This document shows, piece by piece, positions 38,016 to 46,573 of a stretch of DNA of 64,000 bases. Source of the stretch: a bacterium. GTDB taxonomy: Bacteria > Patescibacteriota > Microgenomatia > UBA1406 > GWC2-37-13. Each line of letters opens with the position of its first letter. Position 1 is the stretch's first letter. The stretch covers positions 17,778 through 81,777 of the forward strand of contig JAZDOY010000034.1 in NCBI GenBank assembly GCA_043798165.1, in the 5' to 3' direction. Made by a program: the position numbers and the translations under genes. The notes under the pieces were generated by a model, which did not search any database, had not been told where the DNA came from, and saw only the letters and a program-made list of their open reading frames with translations.

Positions 38016-39743
38016 ATGGGCGAATTGCCGGCATCACTTTTTTTTAATGCATCAATGTTCCTTTTGGTTCCCCTCATAATTGCATATATATTTAAGAGGA
38101 ATAAAATTTCACCTATTGTAGGCTATATGCTGGGTGGGATAATCCTTTCAAATTTTTTTGGAAAATTTACCAATCGTGAAGCTCTCGATAGTTTTGCCTA
38201 TTTCGGCATTTTACTCCTCATGTTTACGGTGGGTCTTGAAACGCAGTTTGACCGTATGATCGCACTTAAGAGATATATTTTTTTGGGGGGATTATTACAA
38301 TTGACACTCTCTGCACTTTTTGTTGGAATCGTAAGTACTTTTTTTGGTTTTAATTTTGTCCAGTGTCTTTTGATCGGTATCGCTCTTTCTTCCTCCTCAA
38401 CTACTATCGTTGCAAAGATCATTCAGGACAAAGGGGAGGAGGGGAGCTTTGTGGGGGAGATGGCCATAGGTATTCTCATGTTTCAGGATCTGGCATTTAT
38501 TCCTTTTATGGCAATTTTCAACTCTCTCACAGGTCAAAATCACAGTGTGTTTCAGGTCGTACAGAAAATCATAATTGACCTTCTCTATGCAAGTTTCATA
38601 TTATTATTTTCCTACTATATGGGGAAACGAATTGCCCCCTATATATTTAATAAATTTGCACTCCTTTCTCGAGAGCTGCTTAATATATTTATTATTCTCT
38701 CGATTTTCGTGGTCGCCTATCTCTCCACACTTTTACACATATCACCCTTTATCAGTATCTTTGTTGCCGGCGTCATTGTGGCACAAACTGCCGAACACTA
38801 CCACATTTTTTCTCAAATACGTCCATTTCGAGATATATTATCCGTCATATTCTTTATTTATATTGGAATGAATATTAACCTTAGAGTCCTCTTTCCCGCT
38901 CTTTTTCCCATGCTTCTTTTTGCTGTCATTGTAATGGTAATCAAAGCTTTTACCATCTTTTTTATATTTACCTCTTTTAAATTTCATTCAAAATTGTCAA
39001 CATACCTCTCACTTTTTCTGTTCCAAATTGATGAGGATGCATTTATTCTCATGTCTGTTGCCTATGCAAACAAACTCTTCACACAGCAGCAATATGTGTT
39101 TGTTATCTCTACCGTACTTATCAGCCTTCTCTTTACTCCCACGTTGATTGCAAAAAAAGAAAAAGTATATAAAGCATTCTGGCATTTCGTTGCCCGTTTT
39201 CTTCCATTTGTTCATACTTATGTAACAAAACGAATTGACCGTGACAAATCCTCCATCGATGCACTGGACATAAAAAACCATATAATCCTGTGTGGATATG
39301 GCCGTATCGGTTCTCATGTAGGACGGGCCCTTCTCTTAGCTGATATCCCATTTGTAGCAATCGATTATAATTTTGCCACGGTTGAAAAAGCAAAAAAACT
39401 AGGGGTAAATATTATTTATGGTGACCCAACCGATATTGATATGCTTGATTATGCAGAAGCAGAGAGTGCAACAGCAATTGTCCTGGCTTTGCCGGATAGA
39501 TTTGCTCAGGAAAGCATAGTCATGAACGCAAAAAGACTCAACAAAAATATTGTCGTCATGAGTCGCGTTCATCGAATTGTCGACCACAAAAGAATGAAAG
39601 ATTTAGGAGTGCACGTTGTAATTCAACCAGAATTTGAAGCATCGCTTTCAATTATAAAAAAGATTATGATGTTAAAAAGAATCAGCAAAGATGACATCAT
39701 AAAACACATTGCATATTTCAAGAAAGAGCACGAAGGAATATGA
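38016..39743 (+). CDS. Kef-type cation:proton antiporter (CPA2) with C-terminal RCK/TrkA-N domain
   Basis: Has about 12 TM helices followed by the Rossmann motif IILCGYGRIGSHVG. Confidence 0.85.
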   Translation: MGELPASLFFNASMFLLVPLIIAYIFKRNKISPIVGYMLGGIILSNFFGKFTNREALDSFAYFGILLLMFTVGLETQFDRMIALKRYIFLGGLLQLTLSALFVGIVSTFFGFNFVQCLLIGIALSSSSTTIVAKIIQDKGEEGSFVGEMAIGILMFQDLAFIPFMAIFNSLTGQNHSVFQVVQKIIIDLLYASFILLFSYYMGKRIAPYIFNKFALLSRELLNIFIILSIFVVAYLSTLLHISPFISIFVAGVIVAQTAEHYHIFSQIRPFRDILSVIFFIYIGMNINLRVLFPALFPMLLFAVIVMVIKAFTIFFIFTSFKFHSKLSTYLSLFLFQIDEDAFILMSVAYANKLFTQQQYVFVISTVLISLLFTPTLIAKKEKVYKAFWHFVARFLPFVHTYVTKRIDRDKSSIDALDIKNHIILCGYGRIGSHVGRALLLADIPFVAIDYNFATVEKAKKLGVNIIYGDPTDIDMLDYAEAESATAIVLALPDRFAQESIVMNAKRLNKNIVVMSRVHRIVDHKRMKDLGVHVVIQPEFEASLSIIKKIMMLKRISKDDIIKHIAYFKKEHEGI

Positions 39744-40639
39744 ACACGATCCATCATAAGACAGTGCTAAAGATTGGCATTTTGCTTTGCGGAGTTGTTC
39801 TTCTTATCATTATTTTACGCCACTTATTTACGTCGGCCTTTTTTGTGAAAGAAGATAGGATAAACATTCTTTTATATTCTTCAGAACCTATCTACTTTTC
39901 CATAGAGCGAGGTGGAGAGGTGCACTACGCAACAACATTTAATGCTGATAGCCGAACAGCTGTGCCTGGAGGGTATGGGGTATATAGAATGGGGGCACTT
40001 GGCAAACTTGTCACGCTCGAAAAGAATCCAGAACTCTTAAAAAGAACTTTTTCTCGTATCACGGGGTCAATGATAGATTATTATTTTTATCCAAAAAGCG
40101 AAGCTATCTATTATGGATCCGATGAGAAGGTGAGATTCCCGTCTTTAAGCGACCTTTTTATATGTGAATCAAACGCTAATTTTTTTGATCGTTTATATAT
40201 TTATTTTCAGTTTGTGGGAAAACATCTGAGCGATTTTGAAGAAATACATATAAATAAAATCCAAACAGGGGAAACGGTCCTTTTGTCTGATGTGACATTT
40301 GCAAGACAGTATTTGGGGTATTTTTATCACAAATCTCTTCGAAAAGAGAATAAAACGGTCCAATTACTCTATACAAACTCATATATCGCTGCAAAAAATA
40401 TGAGCAGAGTTATTGATGGCGAGGGAATACGGGTAGTGGACATTGACGTGACAGAAGACTCAAAAACGAAAGAAGAATACAAAAAAACGGAATGTGTTGT
40501 GAAAGAAAATACCAATAACAATTTTTCTCTTACTGCAGAAGAGATAGCACATTTTTTTCATTGTATACTTAAAAAAGGAAAAGGACGTGTATCAGATATT
40601 GTAATTGAGATGGGAAAAAGGGAAGGGGAATGGGAATAA
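39740..40639 (+). CDS. membrane-anchored protein, degenerate LytR-CpsA-Psr (LCP)-like, tentative
   Basis: Has an N-terminal TM helix. INILLYSS ... DSRTAVPGGYGVYRMGALGKL loosely follows the LCP core pattern. Confidence 0.35.
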   Translation: MNTIHHKTVLKIGILLCGVVLLIIILRHLFTSAFFVKEDRINILLYSSEPIYFSIERGGEVHYATTFNADSRTAVPGGYGVYRMGALGKLVTLEKNPELLKRTFSRITGSMIDYYFYPKSEAIYYGSDEKVRFPSLSDLFICESNANFFDRLYIYFQFVGKHLSDFEEIHINKIQTGETVLLSDVTFARQYLGYFYHKSLRKENKTVQLLYTNSYIAAKNMSRVIDGEGIRVVDIDVTEDSKTKEEYKKTECVVKENTNNNFSLTAEEIAHFFHCILKKGKGRVSDIVIEMGKREGEWE

Positions 40640-40839
40640 CACCTATGAACAGCATCATTATCATCACACTATTTTTTATTTCGCTCATATTAGCTCTTCG
40701 TTCAATGAAAGACTTTCATGTTCCGGAAGAGATACAACGGATCATTAATAATAAAAAATATAAAGGCAGAATTGTTTTTTTTAAGAATAAGAAAGTGAAA
40801 CATTACTCCTCATCTTCTTCATCTAAGTCCTCTGGTTGA
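40630..40839 (+). CDS. small membrane protein, hypothetical
   Basis: 69-aa ORF with one TM helix (IIIITLFFISLILAL). Its 3' end overlaps the convergent gene, so support is weak. Confidence 0.3.
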   Translation: MGITPMNSIIIITLFFISLILALRSMKDFHVPEEIQRIINNKKYKGRIVFFKNKKVKHYSSSSSSKSSG

Positions 40840-41639
40840 ATATCGAGGAGTTCCTCTTTTTCCTCGGTTTGTTCTGCAACCATTTTTTCCCAATCGTTAA
40901 GTGAATTATCCTCTTCATCATCTCCTGCCGTTTCCTCTGCATGCTCAGATGCAAGATTTTGTGTGGGATCACCAATTTGCTCAATATTTTTTTGAAGATT
41001 TATCGGGAATGAAATATGGTGGTTTACTGCGCGACCCTTTTTATCCTCTCTAATAAATACGATAACTTTCGTAAAATTAACCTCTTTGATAAAGGCGGTA
41101 TATGTACTTTTTGCTTTAATAAACAAAATAAGACGTTTTGAAATATCATCTGCCAATGTGCCCACATATTCATCAGATTCTGTACGGATTTCAACTCTTC
41201 TTTTTTTTATCTTTAGTTGTACTTGCTGGCCGATGGAAAGACGTGCTAATATCTGCTTTTGTCCCAAATTTGTTAATGATGTCATTTTTGTTTTACCAAA
41301 TGATTCAATGAAAAGATGTGGATCAAAAGCGGTTTTTGTTTGAGGCTTAGTTTTGCCCTGTTCCAATATCTCAATTTTCTCTAGGTATTGGTGCGCAACA
41401 CTACTTTTTGATTGGAGACGGAGGGCTTTATGATAATGTTTTTTTGAAAGCTCATAATCTCCTGTTTGGAGATAGGAGAATGCAATGCGAAGAAGCGCCT
41501 GAATATTTTTTCGGTCGAGCCCAAGAATCTTTGAGTTAAGCTCAATTGCCAAAGCCCAATTTGCTTGAATTGCTGCGTCTATCGCTTGTGTTTCGAGTGT
41601 GTCAATTTCTTCCATAGGGCAAAGCACCGGTAATACCAA
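40803..41639 (-). CDS. TPR-repeat protein with acidic C-terminal tail
   Basis: Has N-terminal TPR-like helices (AIELNSKILGLDRKNIQALLRIAFSYLQTGDYELSKKHYHKAL) and an Asp/Glu-rich C-terminus. The start is probably the internal ATG (MEEIDTLE). Confidence 0.55.
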   Translation of the reverse strand: MVLPVLCPMEEIDTLETQAIDAAIQANWALAIELNSKILGLDRKNIQALLRIAFSYLQTGDYELSKKHYHKALRLQSKSSVAHQYLEKIEILEQGKTKPQTKTAFDPHLFIESFGKTKMTSLTNLGQKQILARLSIGQQVQLKIKKRRVEIRTESDEYVGTLADDISKRLILFIKAKSTYTAFIKEVNFTKVIVFIREDKKGRAVNHHISFPINLQKNIEQIGDPTQNLASEHAEETAGDDEEDNSLNDWEKMVAEQTEEKEELLDIQPEDLDEEDEE

Positions 41640-41656
41640 TACGAATACATAACATG

Positions 41657-41694
41657 TTTCGTATCACTAAGAAATGGCTTCTTAGAATACGAAA
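41657..41694. promoter_or_regulatory. 38-nt palindrome (TTTCGTAT...ATACGAAA) in divergent intergenic region
   Basis: The palindrome is TTTCGTAT-ca-CTAAGAA-atggc-TTCTTAG-a-ATACGAAA. A third ATACGAA copy at 41639-41645 can pair alternatively with the shared TTCGTAT arm. Confidence 0.4.
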
Positions 41695-41831
41695 CAGTAT
41701 ACACAACAAATTTGGAAATGCAAAGGTCTAACGACACCTAAGTTGTATGGAGCATTGTGACAAGAACAAAGTGTAATAAGAAGTGTGCAATATGGTTTTT
41801 TTATGAAAGGTAAAGTATAATCAGGGCACAT

Positions 41832-42551
41832 ATGTCAGGACATTCCAAATGGGCAAATATAAAAAATAAAAAAGCTGCAAATGACAAAGTAAAGGGAGTT
41901 GCATTTGCAAAGCTCACCCGAATCATTACTTTATCTGTGATAGAAGGTGGAGGAATAGTAAATCCTGATGCCAACTTCAAACTCCGTCTTGCAATTGATA
42001 AAGCGCGTGCTGCAAACATGCCAAAGGAAAATATTCAACGGGCCATAGAAAAGGGGCACGGGCCAGACTCATCAAAACTAAAAGAAGCAATATATGAAGC
42101 TTTTGGACCACACGGAGCAGTATATATTATTCAATGCGCAACGGATAATCCCACACGAACACATAACGAAGTACGGGGAGTCGTGGAAAAGAGGGGAGGC
42201 AAGATGGGGAATCAGGGCTCTGTTGGGTATCTTTTTCAAAAATGTGCAGTAATGCAATTTGATTTATCAAAATCTTCAGAAGACGTGATATTTAATTTTG
42301 GTCAAGCCCTAAAGGCGTACGATATTGACGAAGAAGGGGAAACTATTACAGTATATTTTCCCTTTGATCAATTCGGGAGAGCAAAAGCTACACTTGGAGA
42401 AACCCTTCATCCAAAAGTGTTTGACATTGAGTATAAACCATTGAGTAAAATTCAAGTTTCTTCTGAAGCTGAAGCAAAACATATTATAGAGCTCGCGGAA
42501 GCCATAGAAGAACTCGATGATGTTCATAATGTCTTTAGCAATCTTGAGTAA
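41832..42551 (+). CDS. yebC: YebC/PmpR-family transcriptional regulator
   Basis: Has the diagnostic N-terminus MSGHSKWANIKNKKAANDKVKG. 239 aa. Confidence 0.92.
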   Translation: MSGHSKWANIKNKKAANDKVKGVAFAKLTRIITLSVIEGGGIVNPDANFKLRLAIDKARAANMPKENIQRAIEKGHGPDSSKLKEAIYEAFGPHGAVYIIQCATDNPTRTHNEVRGVVEKRGGKMGNQGSVGYLFQKCAVMQFDLSKSSEDVIFNFGQALKAYDIDEEGETITVYFPFDQFGRAKATLGETLHPKVFDIEYKPLSKIQVSSEAEAKHIIELAEAIEELDDVHNVFSNLE

Positions 42552-42556
42552 TTACT

Positions 42557-43327
42557 ATGCTGATAGAAAAACGCATTCGCTTCGTTATCTCAACTGTCAG
42601 CCTTACACTCCTTCTTCTTGTTTCTACATTTTTCTTTTTTGATAAAGCTGTTTTTTTTCTTCCGTTACTTATCCTTGCAAGCTATTGCGCCACATTTTTC
42701 TCACTTTTTGAAGGGATAGAAAAAATAGAATGGTATATGTTGTTTCTCATGCCCGTATTGCTCTCTGTTGCCATGTATTTGTTTTATTTTCTGTTTCCGG
42801 TACGATGGTTGACCCGCATACCCTTTATCCTCATTTATGGCATTAGCATGTATGCAATGCTTCTTTCATCAAATATTTTTAACGTCGGGGTGGAAAAAAA
42901 TCTTCAGCTCTATAGAGCTGGCTTTTCGGTAAATTACTTCATACAGACAATGGTGTTTTTCTTATTAGGAAATGTTCTGGCATCTTTCCATTGGGGCTTC
43001 TTGGCAAACACGCTTGTATTTAGTCTCCTTTCAGGAGCAATGTCTCTTCAGTTGTACTGGAGTATTAAACTTGACATGCATATCCGAAAAGAAGTATTAA
43101 ATCATGCCTGGCTCACCGCGCTCATTGTGGGTGAGGGAAGTTTGCTGTTGTCTTTTTTACCTCTTCAGGAGTCCATGTTCGCCCTGGTCATTGCAGTGCT
43201 ATATTACTGCGTTGCTGGGCTTACACACCTTCATCTTGATGAGCGATTATTCAAGCACAGTGTGAGAGAATATGCAACGATCCTGATTGTCATTCTTGTA
43301 ATCCTTTTTCTTTCCATAAGTTGGTAA
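42557..43327 (+). CDS. polytopic membrane protein, hypothetical
   Basis: 256 aa with about 7 hydrophobic helices. It follows yebC by 5 nt. No family was recognised. Confidence 0.5.
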   Translation: MLIEKRIRFVISTVSLTLLLLVSTFFFFDKAVFFLPLLILASYCATFFSLFEGIEKIEWYMLFLMPVLLSVAMYLFYFLFPVRWLTRIPFILIYGISMYAMLLSSNIFNVGVEKNLQLYRAGFSVNYFIQTMVFFLLGNVLASFHWGFLANTLVFSLLSGAMSLQLYWSIKLDMHIRKEVLNHAWLTALIVGEGSLLLSFLPLQESMFALVIAVLYYCVAGLTHLHLDERLFKHSVREYATILIVILVILFLSISW

Positions 43328-43392
43328 AATACACACACCGCTTCATAAGACACAAAGCACAGAGCCCAGGCTAGGGGAGAGGGGAGGAAAAA

Positions 43393-43490
43393 ATACGAAC
43401 GTGAATAATAGACCTATAGTATTTATATCCCATAGTATCCTATAATAATTAATTTACTATAGGACTTTATTTTAACGTTCGTATGTTTTT
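43393..43490 (+). terminator. very long hairpin followed by T-run (possible terminator of the yebC operon, or first helix of a larger structured element)
   Basis: ATACGAACGT-gaataatag-ACCTATAGTA (43393-43421) pairs with TACTATAGG-actttatttta-ACGTTCGTAT (43455-43484). GTTTTT follows, and an A-run precedes the hairpin. Confidence 0.4.
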
Positions 43491-44354
43491 CGACAGATAC
43501 TCCGTTGGACCTCATTTGGTGAGGACCTCTCCCTTCAGGGGAGAATGTGGATAACTTCTTCACACTTAGCCTCATATCTTCTTCTCTAGAGCGATACATC
43601 AATCTAAATAAATGTTATATATTGATATAGTTTGAGGGCAAAAACAGCCTCAAAAACGCAATATTAGATTGATACAATGCTCTAAACATGAGATACTCCC
43701 CGGGGTATTGTGGTGTCGCGTGATAAAGATCACACTACCGTAAGTGATATCCAAAAATAGCCTTGAAAGTGGTAATTTAGAGCAACATTATGTGCTAAAT
43801 CATACACCATATAGCCACGTTATGTCGTATTTATCTATTGATTGAAAGTGGTCAAGTATCCACAACCAATAGCAACTATATGTTCGCGCGATGATACAAG
43901 AACATGTGATATGTAAGTATGTGAAGAGAAGAAGCGGATCTCCGTTCCCCTGAAAGAAAGATACACACACTTATTTCTTGTTCAGCCGACTGGCAGACTT
44001 GTGACACAAATTCCCGCAGAGAGAAGGATATATACAACGTCGTATAATGTATCTTTTACGACGTCAGCCAGGCTCAAAAGAGGGGGGTTGGGTAAAATAA
44101 ACAAATGAAGAATAAACAAATTATTTGTTTATTTGATTATTATTTTATTTATTTATTTCTTTATTTCCCCTCTCAATTCCCCTCTTAATTTGTTTCCTCG
44201 TTTTTCCCGTTTCGGCGTAAAGAAATAATTCCCGCAAATAACCGCATTAGAGCGCAATGACAGTCTATTTAATTATTTGATTATTATTCACTTGATTCCC
44301 TACCCCTCATCCCTTCTTGTGAGGTGTGTGGCTGGGGGTATATAATGTATATCT

Positions 44355-45179
44355 ATGCTTACCACCCTTGAGGAAACTGCACGAGTCGCCGGAGCAATTG
44401 TCCTCTCTTACTTTCATAAGGAGTCTCACATAACACATAAAACGTCACACAACGATCTTGTTACCGCCGCTGATATTGCAAGCCAACAGTGTATTCATGA
44501 CACCATTACGAAAAAATTGGTCCAAAAAGGAATTTCAGAAAATGAAATTGGTTTTATCAGTGAAGAGAATCTTTCAACGCGCAACGCAACACATATGTTT
44601 GTCATTGACCCACTCGATGGAACAAATAATTTTGCCTCAGGCCTTGATTATTTTGCAGTCTCTATTGCGTACTTTAATAAGGGAGTCCTTACAGACAGCG
44701 TTATCTATTGGCCGGTTCGGGACACAATGTATTCTGCATCAAAAGGAAAAGGTGCGTATAAAAAAGACGCACACGGTAAAAAAGTAAAACTGACGGTAAA
44801 GGATGATCTTTTGGAAAATTCCGTCATATTGACGTACATTTCATCTCATAAGGAATACCACCAGAAACAAATGGTGTTTATCGAAAAAATTCTTGTTCGC
44901 GTAAGAGGTTTGAGATTATATGGCTCGGCATGCATTGATCTTGTCCACCTTGCTGACGGAGAAAATACCGTGCATATCGTTTTTTATGCACACATATATC
45001 TATGGGACTTTGCTGCGGCATATTTGATTATTGATGAAAGTGGAGGCGTATGTACAGATCTTTCCGGGAAAGTCATAACTCTTGACGTAACTTCTTCCAA
45101 ACGCGAGTATGAACTCTTAGCTGCACACCCAAACGTGATAAAAGAACTCAAAAAATACCTTCCACAACCTTTTATATAA
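44355..45179 (+). CDS. suhB: inositol monophosphatase-family protein (SuhB-like)
   Basis: Has the IMPase motifs FISEE, VIDPLDGTNNF and WDFAAAYLII. Confidence 0.85.
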   Translation: MLTTLEETARVAGAIVLSYFHKESHITHKTSHNDLVTAADIASQQCIHDTITKKLVQKGISENEIGFISEENLSTRNATHMFVIDPLDGTNNFASGLDYFAVSIAYFNKGVLTDSVIYWPVRDTMYSASKGKGAYKKDAHGKKVKLTVKDDLLENSVILTYISSHKEYHQKQMVFIEKILVRVRGLRLYGSACIDLVHLADGENTVHIVFYAHIYLWDFAAAYLIIDESGGVCTDLSGKVITLDVTSSKREYELLAAHPNVIKELKKYLPQPFI

Positions 45180-45389
45180 ACTCTCACATAATAACCTAAG
45201 GAGACGTAATTGCTTCAATCTCCAGAGTAACAAGGAATAGTTTGTGAAAAGTATTGACAAGATAACACAGAATGTATTAAATGAATGTATACGAGTTATT
45301 ATTAGTTATTTTGGATATGTATATATATGATTGTTGTTTTCGGTAATTCTTTTACATTATTAACAATTAACACATGGAGGTAGCATAAT

Positions 45390-46514
45390 ATGAAAAACGA
45401 AAAATTTTGTATAAGCAAAAACATTGCGGTTATTTTTTCCGTGTCGCTTCTTTTATTGGCGGTGGTTTTGTTTGCAGGTTATATGAACAAACAAAATTAC
45501 TCAACAACAAGCAAAGCTGCATCATGTAATTGGGACGCAAATACCCTGACGATGTGTAGTGGCGGTATGCCTATTGGAGGTTGTTCTCCATTAAACAACA
45601 AACAATATATTTGTAACGTTAATCCAGTCACATGTAAGGGTGAGTGGCAAGTGGATACAAATTATAGATGTTTAGGCAATAAATACTCATCCTACCTATC
45701 AGGCAATGGTGCGGATCGTGACAAAATAATATTTGCCAGATGTATTGCGGAGGACACTCGTGCATACGTGTTGGCAAATGTGGGCAAAAAATCTACCACA
45801 TCAAAAATTGATGAAAGTTTGAGTAAAGAATCTGCTCAAGAAGCAGCCACAGTTAAAAAAGCATATGAAAACTTTAAGTCCTGCCAAGACATTGATCCAA
45901 TTTCAGGAATTCCAGCGTCTGAAACAGATAAATGTACTGTTGCTGGGGTAGATTATCCAATTGGATATTGTAGTGGCGGTACGGACGGCGCACAATGGGT
46001 CTGTAAACCAAATGGAAACAACTATGCTTTATGGTCAAAGGATGGGTCAAATGCATGTAATTTAGTAAAAACCAATGAAATAAAAAGTAACTGCATGGCT
46101 GCGGGCATGGAGCAAAAAGCAAGTGCTACAGAAAAAACATATCCCCCATGCATGACCAAAAAAGACGCAACATTTGTCGTACAGGGACATTTTAATAGAG
46201 GTGGTTCATCAGGAGCATATAAAATTCAACTGGTAGTTACTCCCAACTATCCTGAGAGTTTATTACCAATGAAGATACTTGCTAAAACAGGTGAAGTAGT
46301 TGTTATTCCCAGTACTGATATGAATGATGCACAAGAGGCAACGGCAGGTTCACTTGGAAGTATCTTTGCCTCTTTGAGAATGAAAATCTGGGAAGGCGCA
46401 ACAAAAGATAATTTCACTTGCACGGTGCGGGTAACGGATGCTATTACCGGCGGAGATGTAGCGGTAAAAACAATCGAGAAGTGTGATCCAAACAAAGTAA
46501 ACACAACACCGTAA
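45390..46514 (+). CDS. secreted/membrane-anchored Cys-rich protein with internal repeat, hypothetical
   Basis: Has an N-terminal signal/anchor (IAVIFSVSLLLLAVVLFAG). Two related Cys-rich modules are present (MCSGGMPIGGCSPLNNKQYICN; CTVAGVDYPIGYCSGGTDGAQWVCK). A good SD sequence (GGAGG) lies upstream. Confidence 0.55.
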   Translation: MKNEKFCISKNIAVIFSVSLLLLAVVLFAGYMNKQNYSTTSKAASCNWDANTLTMCSGGMPIGGCSPLNNKQYICNVNPVTCKGEWQVDTNYRCLGNKYSSYLSGNGADRDKIIFARCIAEDTRAYVLANVGKKSTTSKIDESLSKESAQEAATVKKAYENFKSCQDIDPISGIPASETDKCTVAGVDYPIGYCSGGTDGAQWVCKPNGNNYALWSKDGSNACNLVKTNEIKSNCMAAGMEQKASATEKTYPPCMTKKDATFVVQGHFNRGGSSGAYKIQLVVTPNYPESLLPMKILAKTGEVVVIPSTDMNDAQEATAGSLGSIFASLRMKIWEGATKDNFTCTVRVTDAITGGDVAVKTIEKCDPNKVNTTP

Positions 46515-46540
46515 AGGTTCTATTTGTTCAAAGATCAATT

Positions 46541-46572
46541 AAAAAAACCTCGGGGATACCCGAGGTTTTTTT
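46541..46572. terminator. bidirectional rho-independent terminator
   Basis: AAAAAA-ACCTCGGG-gata-CCCGAGGT-TTTTTT lies between convergent genes. Confidence 0.75.
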
Positions 46573-46573
46573 G

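Noticed and set aside
43546-44166. oriC hypothesis for the first ORF-free region. It has a perfect DnaA box TGTGGATAA (43546-43554), a near-perfect GTATCCACA (43856-43864) and a 75-bp A/T tract that could act as a DNA unwinding element.
   Set aside because: Only two convincing boxes occur in 1 kb. There is no dnaA or dnaN nearby, and gene orientation does not switch around the region. The idea is kept only as an alternative explanation, testable by cumulative GC skew on the full contig.
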